Part shown: positions 38,700 to 53,584 of the stretch, piece by piece
How the letters are laid out: each line of letters starts with the position of its first letter
How positions within the stretch are numbered: position 1 is the first letter of the stretch
Source of the DNA: Octopus bimaculoides
Lineage: Eukaryota
DNA length: 64,000 nt
Reading direction: 5' to 3'
Assembly (NCBI RefSeq): GCF_001194135.2
Contig: NC_068981.1
Location: forward strand, 149,866,652-149,930,651
Position numbers and translations under genes: made by a program
The notes under the pieces: generated by a model
Told to the model about the DNA's origin: nothing
The model's input: only the letters and a program-made list of their open reading frames with translations
The model's database searches: none

Positions 38700-39299
38700 A
38701 TGTAAATATATGTGTATATGTATGTGTGTATGTATGTTTGTATGTATGTATCAAAGACAAAATAATAGAGGATGTAGTCCTGGATAACCATAAAAATCTA
38801 GATGACCATTAGTGGAATGTCATCAACCATGTCTGATAAACCTGATAAGGTTTAATCTAAGACTAATCGGCCTTAATAACAATAACCAATTAATATTCCG
38901 TCTATTGGTGACATTGATTAAGTATGCTGATAGTCACTCATATGGATATGTATTAAGTTGCTCAGCCAAAGAACAGAACCGGATGCAAATTCGCTATATA
39001 AAACTCTCTTTACAGAACAAATTCTCTGCTAACACAAACACAAAACGCTATTCTACAAATACAAAACATTTCTAGTTAAATCAGACCCACTCTATTTCTT
39101 TTCATGATCTAGCCAAGTAGATAAGAAAGTTTATAAAAGGATTTATGAAGTCAATGTTAGGATAGGATATTTCTCCTTTTAATCCTACTTACCAGTGTAA
39201 GTCTTTTAAATCTATTATGATCTTTTCCAAATGTCATTCACCCTCTGAATTCATCTCTTCTCTTTCTCTCTCTTTATGTTTTCTCTTCGATTTGCTATC

Positions 39300-39313
39300 T
39301 CCTCCTCCTCCTC

Positions 39314-39399
<86 letters not shown>
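39300..39399. repeat. (CT)n microsatellite
   Basis: Visible run. Confidence 0.97.
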
Positions 39400-39402
<3 letters not shown>

Positions 39403-42400
39403 TTTCTCGTTCTTTGTTCAATATTTTCTAGTCTATAATTATTTGACACGTTTTTTCTGCCTGTATGGCTATGTTCATTCACATGCGAGCATACGCAAAC
39501 ACACGTGGGCACAACGCATATAAACATACATACATACATACATACATACATACATACACGCACACGCACATATATACAGTTATATATATTTACGTGTAAA
39601 CATATATACATGCGTATATAAATGCATACGTATATACATAGGTATATCTATACATACATATGTGCGTGTGTCTGCGTGAGCCTGTTTGTAATTAAAGATT
39701 TAAATCTAGAAAGTGAGTGACAATAACACTGAAAGAGGAAAAAGATAAATGATTAGACAAAGATGTGTATCTTTAGAGATAATTGTTACGGCGTGGTGTT
39801 ATATTTCATTAATTCATATTTAGACGTGCCATAGCAAACATTTTTTTACAGTTTTAGCATGAATTTTACTGCTTTCTATCAAAAGCAACCACGTCGAGTT
39901 AATGACATTTAAGCTGTCTCTCATAACTGCCGTTCATATATGATTAGGAAATAATTAAATCTGAAAGCATAAATTATAACTTAATTGCTTTATTGGAAGC
40001 ATTCTGCAATAAGTAAGACAATTAGTCGCACAAGTATATACATAATCTAGTCCCCTTGTTACACATTCAATATACACAAGCATGAACCAATAACTTCAAT
40101 TTAGACATGTGATACATATTTAAACATGTAATACATATTTTACTGACCAGAGGGTCTCAAAAATTAGCTAGAATGATATATGGTGATAGAGTTAAATATT
40201 ACTCTTTTCCTTATTTTTATAGGATAACATGTCTGACAACACGACTCGTTCAACACTTCCAAATAAATATAATTATTAGTACAACGCTTCAGTATTTTTG
40301 AAATAGTGGCAGATAGAAAATGTAACAAAAGTGGTTAGTTACAGACATTGATTAACATTACTCATTTCCCTAAAGTATAATGACTGCCCGGTTATCAGTT
40401 CTGTCGGACAATTGCTATCGTTAGCCACGTCATTCTTTCAAAATACATTGTCTATAAACGACAAGAAATTAGGAATGGATCTATAGGTTGTTGTAACCAT
40501 GATACAAGATACTAACTATGACAGTTTTTCTATGTCATAGTTATTATGGTAACCTTGACCCATTTCAGCAATCAAAATGCAATAAAACTGAAATCAATCT
40601 TACATCTTACTTCGCGAGAAAAATCAACGAGCACAATCAATCTAGGCCTGGATGCCAGAGTAATTTTGCATGCTAAGTCAGCTAGTCATCCATACCCTCC
40701 TGCTTCTCATTCGTTATGATCATCATCATTATCGTCATAGTCAATGTCATCATTGGCTGCGATATTTTAAGGGTGTCCATGAATTCCGTATAACATTGTT
40801 AGATTAATATCATGTTTGAATTTTTTCCTTTATAGAGATACCTTACTGTTAACATTTCGGAGCCTTTTTAATTTACTATCTTTTAAATAAATACCAGAAG
40901 ACACATAATGTTCATAATTCTTCCTGTGCAGAGAAACTGAAAGATTAAACAAGGTGATTGCTATTATTTTGAAATTTGGTTGAATTGTATTCAACAACTT
41001 ATAAAGCCCTGAAGTGATTTGAAATGAGAAATAATTATAACAATACTACAGGGCTTCCTAGATCGTCGTTGATATCTACTGATAGGCACTGAAACAAACA
41101 GACTAACACTGAAACAAACAGGACTGAAGCCTAGTGTATTGATATAACAAACATGTGAGTAATGTTCAGAATTCGAGAAAACTCATGTGTATAGCATAGC
41201 TTTTGTAAGTCTGGACTTATTTCGCTTTGCTGGTTTCCATCGACATTACTGATGGCTGCTAACTACATTTTGTGATACTGTTTATTTGAGAGAAGCAGTA
41301 AAGTTTTCCGAAGAATACTCGTTTAAAATGTCTTTCTAAGTAGAGAAAGAAAATATCTAGCGTCAAATCGAGGCAACTGTCAAAGAAAAGGAGCAGATAA
41401 TATCAAGAAGTTACGAAGTAATCTCACAAATTTAATTAACGTTCTTGTTTAGGGAAGAATCTGATTTTGATTTTATTGAATTCATCAGCATTGTCTACTC
41501 ATACATTGTGATTTTTCTTAAGCCCTTCACACATTCAACTTACCCGCACTTCATAATCGAGAAGCAGTACCCTTGTGGTAAGTATAAAGTATTACTGAAA
41601 ATCGCACTGAAATTTCACTATATCAGAGGACTTAAAATATTATTGAAACTTCTTAATCCGTTCCCAAGCCTCAAGGGTTTAGCATCAATGATTAAGCTCG
41701 GATTATTCTACGAAAAGAAATATCGATACCTGTATAAGCTGCTAGTCAATCGTAAATAAGTTATTTTTTATATTTCAGAAAGAAGAAAAAATAGGTACGC
41801 TATTCCCAAATATATATATATTGATAAAAAAAAACTGAACGAAACAAGCAGATAAATTTATAATGTTAAAAATTAATCTATGAAAATTTATTTCGGCTGC
41901 TAGCGGAAAATGTGGTCTTAGTTTCTGCACTACTGGGTCAAATACAGGTACGACTTCGTCTGGAAATCATCGAGACAAGATACTATATAAAGTCCTTGAA
42001 CTATATTCCTTAGCTCATATTTCTTATCAGACAGATTTTCCGGCCAAAAGTTATTCGTAACTCTATTTTACGAACAAAATGGGAAAATGAAGCAGATAAA
42101 AATGGTTAGAATATTTTAGAAAATGGCAGAAATATCAGAAAGGTTTAGAAAATTGGAAAATGTTTGTATCCAGATTAATAGCGATTAACTTAATTATAAT
42201 GATTAGTGGATAACGAAAACAAATCATTAAAAAAACAGGCCAGCTAGAACCCCTTTCACCAACAAGAATATGTATGTTCAATAGTTTATTCTACTTAATT
42301 ATAGCATCAGTGTTCAGAATGATGGTGGTGCACGTGTAGTGTAGCTTTGGTTGCAGAGAAAGATATAGAAAGATCGGTGATGTTTGGGTATACTGAGTAG

Positions 42401-42742
42401 AATTCTCTAAGGCTTTTCCTTTCGTTTTCTAAAAACTCTCATGTCGTATTACATACAATCTTTTCTATATATGAGCATTAGCATTTTGTAAATATATAAA
42501 TTCCAGATTAATATGCGCATACAACTCATTATATGCTTCTGCTTTAATATTGAAATATTTACAATATCAAGAATTCATGCCGTGTTATTCAGAAAATTTC
42601 GTTATAATATATTCGTTGGACGTGCTTTCCCCCTAGTAATATCGCTTCATGCTCCGTTAGGTTTCTGGAGAAAACACTTTGAATTCAAGAAGGCATTATT
42701 AAGTTTAAAAGAGATACATTACCATGCAATAATTTTAGAGGC

Positions 42743-42806
<64 letters not shown>

Positions 42807-43383
42807 CGTGCTTGCGTGTGCGTATGTGTGTGTTTAACTATTGACCTCTCTCAAGATTTCTAACTCGACATTTCTCTGTCTCTGTGTATCTGAATGCGTG
42901 CGTGTGTGTGTGTCTGTGTGTGTGTGTACATATAACTTCATATGTATATGCATAGGATAAAAATGTCAAACAAATGATACACAAAAACATGCATACACAT
43001 ATGTATGTATATATTTCTATGTATATAGATAAGACATTTTCCCATTTCTAAAATTGAAAAACACATAAACATTAATGGGATATTTTAGATTGCTACAATT
43101 TTAAGCGTTACGTGAATGGCGTCTTAATGAATCACAACAACATAGATATGACTATATACAGTCTTTGATTTTACAAATGTTTTAATAAGTGTCGTTTAGA
43201 TATAGATTAGGGAATCATTTTTAATATAATGTCAAAATATCTTCTTTTATGGATGATTAAATATTCAGTGATGCACGTTATTAAAGCAGCGTTTGCTATA
43301 TTTCGCGAAAATGCTGCTTCCATTGCTGCTATCCATATAAGAATTGACATTACAATTACTATCAATATTATTATGACTATTTA

Positions 43384-43384
<1 letters not shown>

Positions 43385-43441
<57 letters not shown>
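43385..43441. repeat. (ATT)n microsatellite
   Basis: About 19 units. Confidence 0.97.
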
Positions 43442-43445
<4 letters not shown>

Positions 43446-44781
43446 GGTTCATTACTGTTGTTATTGTTGTCACTATGTTAGCATTCTCAAGTGGAAACAT
43501 ATTATAACCATGGATGCACAGTTATGTATCAACTTTACGCATTGCTTGATATTAACATGCACACAACATACATTTGCACACATGCACGTACTCAAGTACA
43601 CATATAAACACACACACACACACACATATATATATACACATACACACAGACAAATACGTATATACATACATTCATACATACATCTATGCACACAAAAACA
43701 TAATCGTGGCTTGATCAAACATTTTCAATAAACAACCGAGAAATAAATTCTAAGTGTCAATCTCTCGTGTAATGAACATCCAACTATAGGTATGTATTGA
43801 GTCCTTTTTTTCAGGTAACATTCACTGTTTTTACTTAGTAACACTGATTGTAAGAGTATATACACATTGGAAGCCACTTATGATAATTATAATGTAATGA
43901 CGACAAATGCTACTCACAAATGTGTAATATAAATTAAAATTAGGTTACTTGGCTATTTTAATTGAAATGCCATTGTTCCACAGAAATCACAATATATATG
44001 TTAGCTGCATTTACATGAAATTGTTCACACGTGGATCACTGATAAGGTGTCACACATTTCTTTATTTTGCGTTTCATATTTTTCTTCTTTTTTTTTCTAC
44101 AGTCTTACAGTGTAATTCACTTTCCCCTTCTTCCCGCCTACCTTCTTTTCGTTCTTAAGTATATTTGAAGCGGTGAAACGTCGAGGTGCTGCATGCTTAC
44201 CTTAGAAACTCTTCTAAGCGTTAAACTAATGCCCCGCTCAGAGTACTCTGTTCTTTCTGTGTTTCCCTTTATGTTCTTTTTTTTATTTTGTATAATGCAT
44301 GTGCACATACATACAGAAACACACGCACCCACAAACGCGCGCACGCGTGTGTGTAAGACTATTACATCGGTTATGATTACTTGATGAGATGAACTCTCAT
44401 ACTGAGAAAGCCCAGTCTTTCTGGAAGTTTCGTATCAGATATAAAATATTTCTAGTTGATGTTTAATATACGCCTTAGACAATTCGAATAAAATCTTTCA
44501 AATATTTGGATACATTATCGATATGGCATCTATATCTCAGACGAGTATAAGAGTGATATGAAGATAAAAGATAAATATGAATTTTGGTTGAAAGTTTCAA
44601 AGACACTATCACACACGAAACACTTTCTTCATTGTCCCTAATACAATTAAAGCCATTTAAATCTTCAAAATAATCATAGTCTAGAACACTAGTGACCCAG
44701 GTTCGAAGGTAGACAGAATATCTACGAAATATATCTAGTCTTTTAAACAAGTATATTAGCTTCTATAGAGGCTCATATAGT

Positions 44782-44910
44782 GGAGATGCGTGACGCAGTG
44801 AATAGGGTGTTGTAATCATGATCGTAAGATTATGGTTTCGATTCCACAAGTGAGAGATGCATTTTCTTGAGCAAAACACTTAAATCCACTTTGTTCCACT
44901 CCATTCCGAT
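44782..44910 (+). mobile_element. SINE head fragment (OR-like)
   Basis: GGAGATGCGTGACGCAGTGAATAGGGTGTTG..CATGATCGTAAGATTATGGTTTCGATTCC..TTCTTGAGCAAAACACTT. Confidence 0.6.
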
Positions 44911-45079
44911 GAGAAAACCGAGTCACACTCCGATGGTGCGGCGTCCCGTCCAGGTGAAGTGAGGTATGTATACTTCACTGAATTCGGTAAATCGGACTTG
45001 TGTCTATGGCTGGGGAAGAAATTTTAGATACTTTTAAGGTCCTCGTTATTAATTATAGGTAAATATGAAATTCATTATT

Positions 45080-46500
45080 TCCTAAACACGTTGCTCGGTG
45101 TGAGTTACAAGGTCACAAACATCAATGAACAATTATTCAAGAACTAGTTGCCTCAATATAGCTTTGAAACGACTCAGAATAAAATGAGTACGTGTGAAAT
45201 TTTGACTTCCCACTTTTCTGGATTGCCATCCATTTCTTGATTGCATGTCAGTACGGAAGGTCTTCGTAAACAAACACAGCTACTCTGATCGGATAATGAC
45301 ACATGTCTGTGAAATGCCACATGCATCATTTAAGAAAATTTCCAGTATCACTGATTAAGGTGGATCCATTTTTGGAATGGAGTAGTTGGTTGTCAAGGAC
45401 CAAATATTTGTTGAAGAGTTTGTACATTGTTTAGATGCATTTTCTTTCTATAAAATGCCAGTTTTGAATAGTTATGTATTTTAACCACCACAAGTCTTTC
45501 TTGGTCTTCACTTCTCCTCGAAAGGCTGACTTATGTTGCTTCAACAACTTCATCTCTAAAAATTCTTTTCTCGACAAATCTACATTGTGCAATCTCTTAT
45601 AATTTCATGTTTCAGATCTCAAATATTTCAGAGTTCCATCAAATTAAAATTTGTGTTTGAATGTCCTGACCTCCAAATATCGATAGACGTAGTATAAACA
45701 TTTGGTTTGAAGTATTTCCATGAACTATCAGACTTTCAAAATCTTTCCAACGAGCTCTGCTATTTAATTTACATATTCCTTTGTATTCCCGATTTAAGCT
45801 GGTATAGAAATCACCAGATACAATTTTGTGTGAAACGAATTGAATTTCTAAGATTCTTGCAAAACAGTAGAAAAGATTCTTCCGTTGAGTAAAGAATCGA
45901 GGCATACACCGAGAAAAAAGGATTGTAACCTCATGGCAGTAGTGATCGAAGTTTAATGATATTGTTACTCACACTGGATGACGATACGTGCAACCTATCT
46001 GCTATGTATACTTTTGAATGAAAACGCGACATATATCGTCCAATATTCTTCTGCTTATATGCTAATCATAAAAGAAGCTTTAGTTACAACATATTTGATG
46101 TGTCGGAACTTCTCATGACAATGGTGTCTTAGAAATATTGAAATCATTTCAGCCAAACTCTCCTGCAACAACAGCAGCATTGCATTCAAGCTAACAAGAC
46201 TGTTCATCATCCAGTAGGGCTTGCACATGTATTATTTGTCTATATTAATTGGACCCGCTGAAGATAACTGCCACCAATCGTGACAAATCAATGATACTGA
46301 GAGACAGAAAATATTTATGGCGCATTTTCTAATCCCTTCGTAGTAATATGGGTGAGAAGTTATCTCCTTAAATACAGTATCTTGGGAATAGCACTCAATT
46401 CCTATATCATAAACTAGGTAAACAATGTTATAATATATCTCTTCATGCCTATGTTTTTGGTCCAAGTAATGAATGTCTCCAACTCGTCAAGTCTGCATAC
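45080..46500 (-). pseudogene. Heavily decayed Gypsy-type LTR retrotransposon pol (RT to RNase H)
   Basis: Colinear motif remnants across stops and frameshifts: SKTPL..ICC..RILDDI (SP.V..C..P.IDDI); IFGGQD..NMKL*EIAQCRF (DILIFG...LKL..KC.F); EVKTKKDL; MDPP*SVILEIFLNDACGI (FDP...L..DAS..GI); FRTD. Confidence 0.5.
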
Positions 46501-47269
46501 TTTGCTAATACCTGATCGTGAAAGAATTTTGAAAAGAAAATATTGGTGCTGTTGCTTTTTGAGATGTTTGACCCCATACAATACTGTGATGTTAGATAGT
46601 ACTAGTTATGAGAAAATATTACTCGTTATTAGAACTAGAAAGAATACCGCAAGGCATTCTATCCGACCCTCTGCCATCTCTGCCATTTTGCAGTTAATCA
46701 CAATGCATGCCTGTGTGTATCTACGTATGCATGTATGTACGTATGTAAGTGTGTATGTAAGTATGTATATACGGATGTATATTGTCGTCAGTCAATCTAT
46801 TTTCTGCTTATTATTGCTTCGTATTCTCATACGATATTTCATAAGCTAGTAACGGAAAAAAGGGGTATATGTGTAGATAAATTGTAAATATTGATATATA
46901 TATAAACAGATACATGGAACTTGATATTGAAATGGCTAATGGAACAATCGCCAAAATTCAAAGGAACAGTACGTATTTAAAAGCTATGGTAATTTGGGCA
47001 GGTTGATTTTCCACACTTTTGTAGTTAATGACTTTGGACTAACCGAGATAGTGTGGGCTTAATATGATAACTAACAAAAGAATCTATCTCCCTAGCTTCA
47101 ACCGTTTTTCGAACACTTCCAAATACTGTAACCAAACACCGCATTTTCCCTATTTTTGGTCGAAAAACAAAAACGTTATTGTCATTTAAAAAAAATCCAT
47201 ATAAATATCGCAACCTTATTGAAAATGAGTAAAAACATGTATAAACTCTACAGAGTCAAATACGACAAA

Positions 47270-47630
47270 CTTAGATTACCAAAATCATCATACATTTCAC
47301 TTTAAGAGCTCTTAGAAACAAAAGAAAGCCACATACGGCGGCTTAAGGCTTTGGCTAGAATGTGTTTGTGCCTTGATTCGAGTATAGGAAGCTTCAGATG
47401 TCAACTTCACTGCCCTTTCAATACTCTAAGAATGTGAAGGCAAATCAGGCAGCTCCAGCTTGTTGCTATTCAGTAATGCTTCTTGAAGTTCCTGGTCAGA
47501 AAAGTCATCTGTGAGAGAAGTTTCAGGTACCACTTTAACAAAGGTTGACTAATGCTGACCAGTGTGTGACGTCAATGTTGATGTCTGTGATCCCCTTCAC
47601 CCTCTTCTTGGCTGCCTTATCACTTATGAA
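47270..47630 (-). pseudogene. DNA transposase C-terminal remnant, hAT-like (hATm-type)
   Basis: ITDINIDVTHWSALV...ETSLTDDFSDQELQE..LPDLPSHS*SIERAVKLTSEAS matches the INF.A..W..LI..EP..T...PCHTQAVER.VKLVTEAS motif. The subfamily name is from recall. Confidence 0.65.
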
Positions 47631-47669
47631 AGAATAATAATAAATTTAGTTTTTATTTCACTATAAAAC

Positions 47670-48060
47670 TGGAGCTCAAGTGGCCAAGTGGATAAGGCGC
47701 TGGATTTTCACACCTTGGTGTAGGGTTCGGTCCCCAATGAGAATAGGCACAAAACAAAAATTACGGTTTCAGATAGAGAGCACTCGTCCGACGGGTAGGG
47801 CGCCCAGACTTGCCCATGGCAAGGTACACACAGAACACAGCCACTTACAACATTACTGTCTTCCTTCCCTCATCTGCTTCACACTCACAACACGGTAACC
47901 TTCCATCTCTCGGAGCCCGCCTAAGGGGTTTCAATCCACTACCCCTCCAACGCAGATGTAACTCTCCCTTCATCTGCAGAAGGGCTCCTTGGTTGGTGAC
48001 AAAAACATATTTTCGCGATTTCTCCTGCCCCTTCCACCTTAGGTAAAGTAAAAGTCTGAT
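47670..48060 (+). mobile_element. tRNA-headed (Glu-TTC-like) SINE-like element with a structured GC-rich body
   Basis: A box TGGCCAAGTGG, anticodon-like TTTTCAC, B box GGTTCGGTCCC. The body has three complementary helices at 47912-47988. Confidence 0.55.
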
Positions 48061-51000
48061 TGGCCCTTAAGGATGAAAAGTGGATCTAAACCCTTAACCT
48101 AACCTCACTTTAAAATTTAATCCTTATTGGTGTCCAAATTTCTTATTTTAAATCAAACTTTAATTATAATAACAGTTCGATAAATCCCCACAATGGAATT
48201 ATTTTCATTTCAAAATTTATAAATGCTTACTTGACGGAGGTAATTTTCTTGGGAGCAGCTTCTCTCACCTCTAAGTCATCAGAATAACTTGGCGGAGGAT
48301 AGGATACTCTGTTTTATTTAAAGGGGAAGGCTGACCACCGAAATTTTTGGCACTATCACTTCAAGTTAATACTGCAGATTGTGTTTTCTACCCGTTTTTA
48401 TGAAATATCTGAAAATAATTTAATTTAATAAACATTTCATAGACAAATATCAACAGAGAATACAATATAATTCATCAAAAAATATCTATAAAACTTTCTA
48501 ACTAGATTAGTCCAAGATTACAGTTCCAAAATCGACCTACCCTAATATAATAAACCCGCGTCTGTGTTACTACTAAACATTTAGATCTAGATAGATGTCA
48601 TTATAATTATTTCCGAGAAGGCAGTTCGGAAGGAAGGTGTAAAGCTGACAGCCCTACTGATGATTATATACCCAACCACATTGTAAATAGATTTTCATTA
48701 CCACGTTACCAGTCAGTTTAATTATTTCGACTGAAAATTATTCCTATTTAGAAACTTAGTAAACAGTTCAGCAACTAGTTAAAAACTGCTTTGAGTAGAA
48801 ATAATTTGAATTGAATAAAATCTAAAAAGAAAATATTTCATATCAAAAGTTTCGATAGCCCAAAGATTCTCAAGTGTTGAGAAATTAAATTTAATTTTAA
48901 CGCGTAATGTTTTAACATAGTGGATGATTAAGTGTTTAATCATGCATACAATATTTATTCGTATACTTTTAAGAAGAAGTTTGGTTTTTGTTTATCTTTT
49001 CTTTTTCCTTTTGGTCTTTAATTGAACAAGAGGTTTGAAATGACTCGACGACCCATAATGTCCAAAGAAAGTAGATTCGGATTATCGCCTTACGGTTGAA
49101 AGAGCTTTCACTACCTCATTATCATCATCACCTATCATCAGAAGCAATATAAGAATCTCGCCTCTAATGACACTTACAGTTTCGGCATTAAATTTTCCCG
49201 CACTACCACTGTACACTCATACAGCTTGAATATGATCACAATTTTTTTTTAAAACAATGAAATTCTCTGTGCACAATCGTCGAACCTGTGAAAAATAGCA
49301 GATACAGCTCCCTCTTAAAAATGATTAAATACACTGGATAAAAGGTCATGAATATATATTTTCAGATACAAGCTGAGATAGGCTTGGCTGGGTCATCAAT
49401 TGTACGATTACAAATATTTACGGAAGGTCAGAGTAGCTTAAAACCAAGTTAACATGAAGGGGTAGAGCAGGAATGAAAGCAACCTTAAAGGGACGACTCT
49501 ACACCAACATTGCAACAAATGCAAGTGGTGATATAAAAATTACTATAATAATTAGAAATATTTTACAACCCAAACAATGACACACATATAGACACATGCA
49601 AAAATCCCACCAAAACAGAAATTTCACTGATTTTTCTAGAACAGTTCCTCTGGCGAAATTACTCTGTCCGGCAATATATACTACTAACACAAGGCATATA
49701 TTTCCCCTATTTGCCTCCAACTCTTGCATAATGTTCTTTCATGAGATCCTAAGGAAGTTCAAAGTAAGACACTTGTGATTCAATGATTAAACTATCCTTT
49801 TCATAAACTCCAAAACCGCTAACGTATGAGAAATTATAGGCAAATCTCTCCCGAAATTTTAGCTTATAATTTTGGAAACATGATGCATTGAATTGTATAT
49901 TCCTAGATGTCTAAAGTAGGAAGGGATAGTTCCAGCTGAATGCGTAGGTTTTCTCGATAAGGGACGGCCTGAGGCTAAAAAGAATCAACAAGATCATAAA
50001 AAGAAAATAATGAAAATAATGTTCGAACAAACCAACAACCCAACTATGATTATTAAAATAGATATTTTGTACAACGTACGTTGAACAAAATATTTTCTTC
50101 CCTAAAATATATAACCTACAATGCTACTTTGTAGCCACCGCAGTTAAATTACTCAAATAGCAAACCTGATGGAAATGAGAGATAGCACAATAAACAGACA
50201 CAATATACTATGGAAAATAAAACAAGCAATAAACGAAATACGAGATGAAAAAGAAAATAAGCCATATGAAAACAGAAAGCAAGTACAAAAGTAGTATTTA
50301 CAAAAAAAGCATAGAAGTAATTATCAACGCCAACATCTCTAAAATCGTTACATCACATCACACGTTACAATAAAAATGATAGGTATTACACTGGTACTCC
50401 GTCAGTAAGAAGTACACGCTCTCAGGGAATACTTTTTCAATTATTAAACACAAAATTCACCGCAAATAAGGTAGTAACACGGACACGAAATATGCATACA
50501 TTTTGTACGTAGACCATAATTATAAATCTTCGTTTTCAGCAGACCGCAGAAAAGTAACACAGAATTCCTAAAATTCGGTAATTCCAAAAGCCTAGCAAGA
50601 ACCTGAACAAAAACATGCGATCTGAGAGAATCCCTCAATTTACCAACATCTGAATCTACATTGAACAACACGGCAAAATCATGATATCCATAAAGCCAAA
50701 CGCAAGCCCAAATAAGCAACAAAACGCATCAACAATACAATGGTCTCCAAATTTTACACTATCACAGACTACACATAGAATACACATACAAATTACCTGT
50801 CCAACGAAATACATACTCACGCACACACGCGTGTGCATATGTATATATATAAATGTATGTGTATTTTTTCAATGAGTACAAATAAAACGGAAAAAATAAA
50901 TAGTTACCAGGGTAGGAAAAATTCACATAACTGCCAAGGATGTTACAGCCTACTTATAAAGGTAGAAATTCTAGGGTTTAGTGAAATGTTTTTAAATGAC

Positions 51001-51167
51001 ATAGATAAATTAAGAAATGGAGTTAAACGCAGGTGTTTTTCAAATCTTTATACTTTCGATATATGTTTCGAAGAAAGCATTGGTATTAATCCTGAGGGAA
51101 TAAAACGATGTAAAACAATGTAATCATCTCGTCAGAGAAAAAAGAGGAACAAAACACATCAAATCAC

Positions 51168-51424
51168 GGGGACGCTAACACACCAACATCGGGTGTCAAG
51201 CGATGTTAGATGGACAAACACAGATACACAAACATATATACACACATACATATATATATAATATACACGACGAGCTTCTTCCAGTTTCCATCTACCAAAT
51301 CCACTCACAAGTCTTGGGTCGGCCCGAGGCTATAGTTGAAGACACTTTCCCAAGGTACCACGCAGTGGGACTGAACCCGGAACCATGTGGTCGGTGGCCA
51401 GCTACTTACCATACAGCCACTCCT
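51168..51424 (-). mobile_element. Composite SINE, same family as 3291-3759, tail truncated
   Basis: CTACCAAATCCACTCACAAG..GGCCCGAGGCTATAG..CCAAGG..CACGCAGTGGGACTGAACCC head, internal CA/TA repeat, and CACACC..CGG.TGTCAAGCG module. Confidence 0.85.
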
Positions 51425-52346
51425 TACATAGATACATACATATATGTATATCACGGTATTACCGTGTCAACCAGACAATCCAATATTGTTATACACCGCT
51501 GGTCGCGAAGCGCTGCGCATTCGAATGATTCCAGGAGATACAGCACAATCGACGACGTTAAACTCCACAGACAGCAACCCGGTCACTGAAATACTCTTTT
51601 CGTTACGCTCCAAGGTTAGGTTGTATAGATTAGCAATTAAGTAAAGTGCGTGTTGAAAGATATTAACAACCGATAGTGTCTAACTCAGAGGTGTATGCAG
51701 ATATTTCGCATTAAGGACTAAATTTAGGCATAGAGCGTGTATAATGTCAAATGTATTTTGTTGAGTAATGTTTGTATTTTACACGTACTATATGACTAGT
51801 ATTAGGCCTTGAGACGATTATACAGAATATATACTATCTTCTATGTGAATTGTGATATATTACATTAGGAGAGTGTGAGAGTGTAACTTGTTGCTGTTAT
51901 AGTTTGGAGCATTGTTTATATAAGTGCGTGCGTTGTTATTTTATTTGGTGATGGATTTAAGTTTCGATATATTATTTGGTAGCGATTCGATAATGTATCT
52001 TTTGTGAGAAATGTGATATTATTTTGGGCGGTTATAGTGAAGGATATGTTGTGTGCGTAGAATTATAGCAACGTACTTTTGTTATTGAAATGAATATGTC
52101 TTGGTTAAGATTTGAACTCTGGCTCGCTAGGCTAATTTCGAATCGTGTGGAACGTTATGAGCTCTGCGTCTGGTATTCTGGTATACTTTTATTCATGTTT
52201 TTTTATCATCGTTAGTGCTCTATTATTCAAGTTGCTTCTAATTTTATGCTCCGCATCCTTGTTTATTTCAATTTCAAGGTGTTCTGATTTTGACGTTTTC
52301 TTCATCTAATTTCACGCAATATTTTAGTCAAGAGCGTTCGAAATAT

Positions 52347-53290
52347 GGACAGTGGATTGGCAGAAACTATAGAGCATCGAATAAAATGCTATACGATATA
52401 TCTTCTGGCTATTTACGTTTTGGGTTCAAATTATCCGAGGTCAACGTGTTTTACATCTCTGAGCAGTCTGTAAAATAAAGTACCTGTCAAATTCTGAGGT
52501 AGATGAAATTACTAAATCTTCCCTGCAAAATTAATTGTTCTGTGCCATAATTAGAAGCGATTATAATTAAAGGCGGTTGGCTAGTAGTACAATGTGTGCG
52601 TCAGAAGAAAATATCTTTTGGTACTGAGTTGTATTACACTACATTCTGAATTCGATTCCCGCCGAGGTCAAATTTATCATTCGTCTTTCCGGAATCAATG
52701 AAATAAATTCTAGTTAAGAACTGAGGTTAATTTAATGGATTAGCCATCTTCCCACACAGTCACTTGCGTTTTGCCTATACTTATCTTTTGAGGGGTTGGA
52801 TGGGCGGCTGGCAGAGTTGCAAGAACTTTTAACAAATCGCTGTATTCCGGCTCATTATATTCTGCGTTTACACCATTGCAATGTCAGTTTGCCCTTTCAA
52901 CTTCGGGGCCGATAAACTGAAATAGCAGTCAATTAAGGAGACTTTTGCTAATAACTATGCACTTCTCCTCAAAGTTCCAGGTCTTGTGCCTACACCTTTC
53001 ATTTTAGGTGGGTGGTTGTTAGAATTGAGAGGCTTGCAGTATTTTCCGGCTCTTTAGATTATGAGTTTAAATCTCACCTTTGCTTTTCATCCTTTTAGGG
53101 TCAATGAAATAACGCAACTGTCCGGTACTGATGGTCGCTATAATATTCTAAGCCTCGCTTGAAATGACGTTATGAGTGGTGAGTTGGAAAAGAGTGTCGG
53201 AAAAAATGTTCAGCGGCTTTTGTTCTGACTATTGATGTTCTAGGTTGAAATCCTGTCGAGGTCAATTTTCGTTTATCAGTTAAAAGTTTC
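52347..53290 (+). mobile_element. Head-to-tail array of five decayed Meta-like SINE copies
   Basis: Units start near 52347, 52571, 52800, 53005 and 53175. Most retain GGC.G.TGGC head and B-box/CCGAGGTC or TTTCATCC..GGGTC.AT.AAAT motifs. Confidence 0.65.
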
Positions 53291-53584
53291 TTCCAGGTCT
53301 ATTTGATGATAAGATTGTAGTTTGCTTTCGCTTTTTGTTCTGCAAAAGACTATTTAAATGCATGAATATGGATAGGAAAATGCTTTCTTCTTCAGATGCA
53401 TATTAAATGAGTCCCTGTATATTTGTGCAATCATCCATTACTTTATTTCATTTCAAACCAGTTACTGCTGTCATAACGGTAGGAGACCAACGCTCTCCAA
53501 TGACAGTCGTAGTCAATGTGCCGAGATATGTTTGTTTCAATTTTAAACGCTGTTAAAAAAAATAAAGAACGCATGAACATTCTT

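Noticed and set aside
41087-41122. 15-bp direct repeat CACTGAAACAAACAG
   Set aside because: A simple local duplication with no associated structure.
47670-47750. Functional tRNA-Glu gene
   Set aside because: The acceptor and T stems do not close properly; better explained as a SINE head.
49090-49200. Minus-strand CTGATGA...GAAA and GCCGAAACTGTA motifs
   Set aside because: Flanking helices are not complementary.
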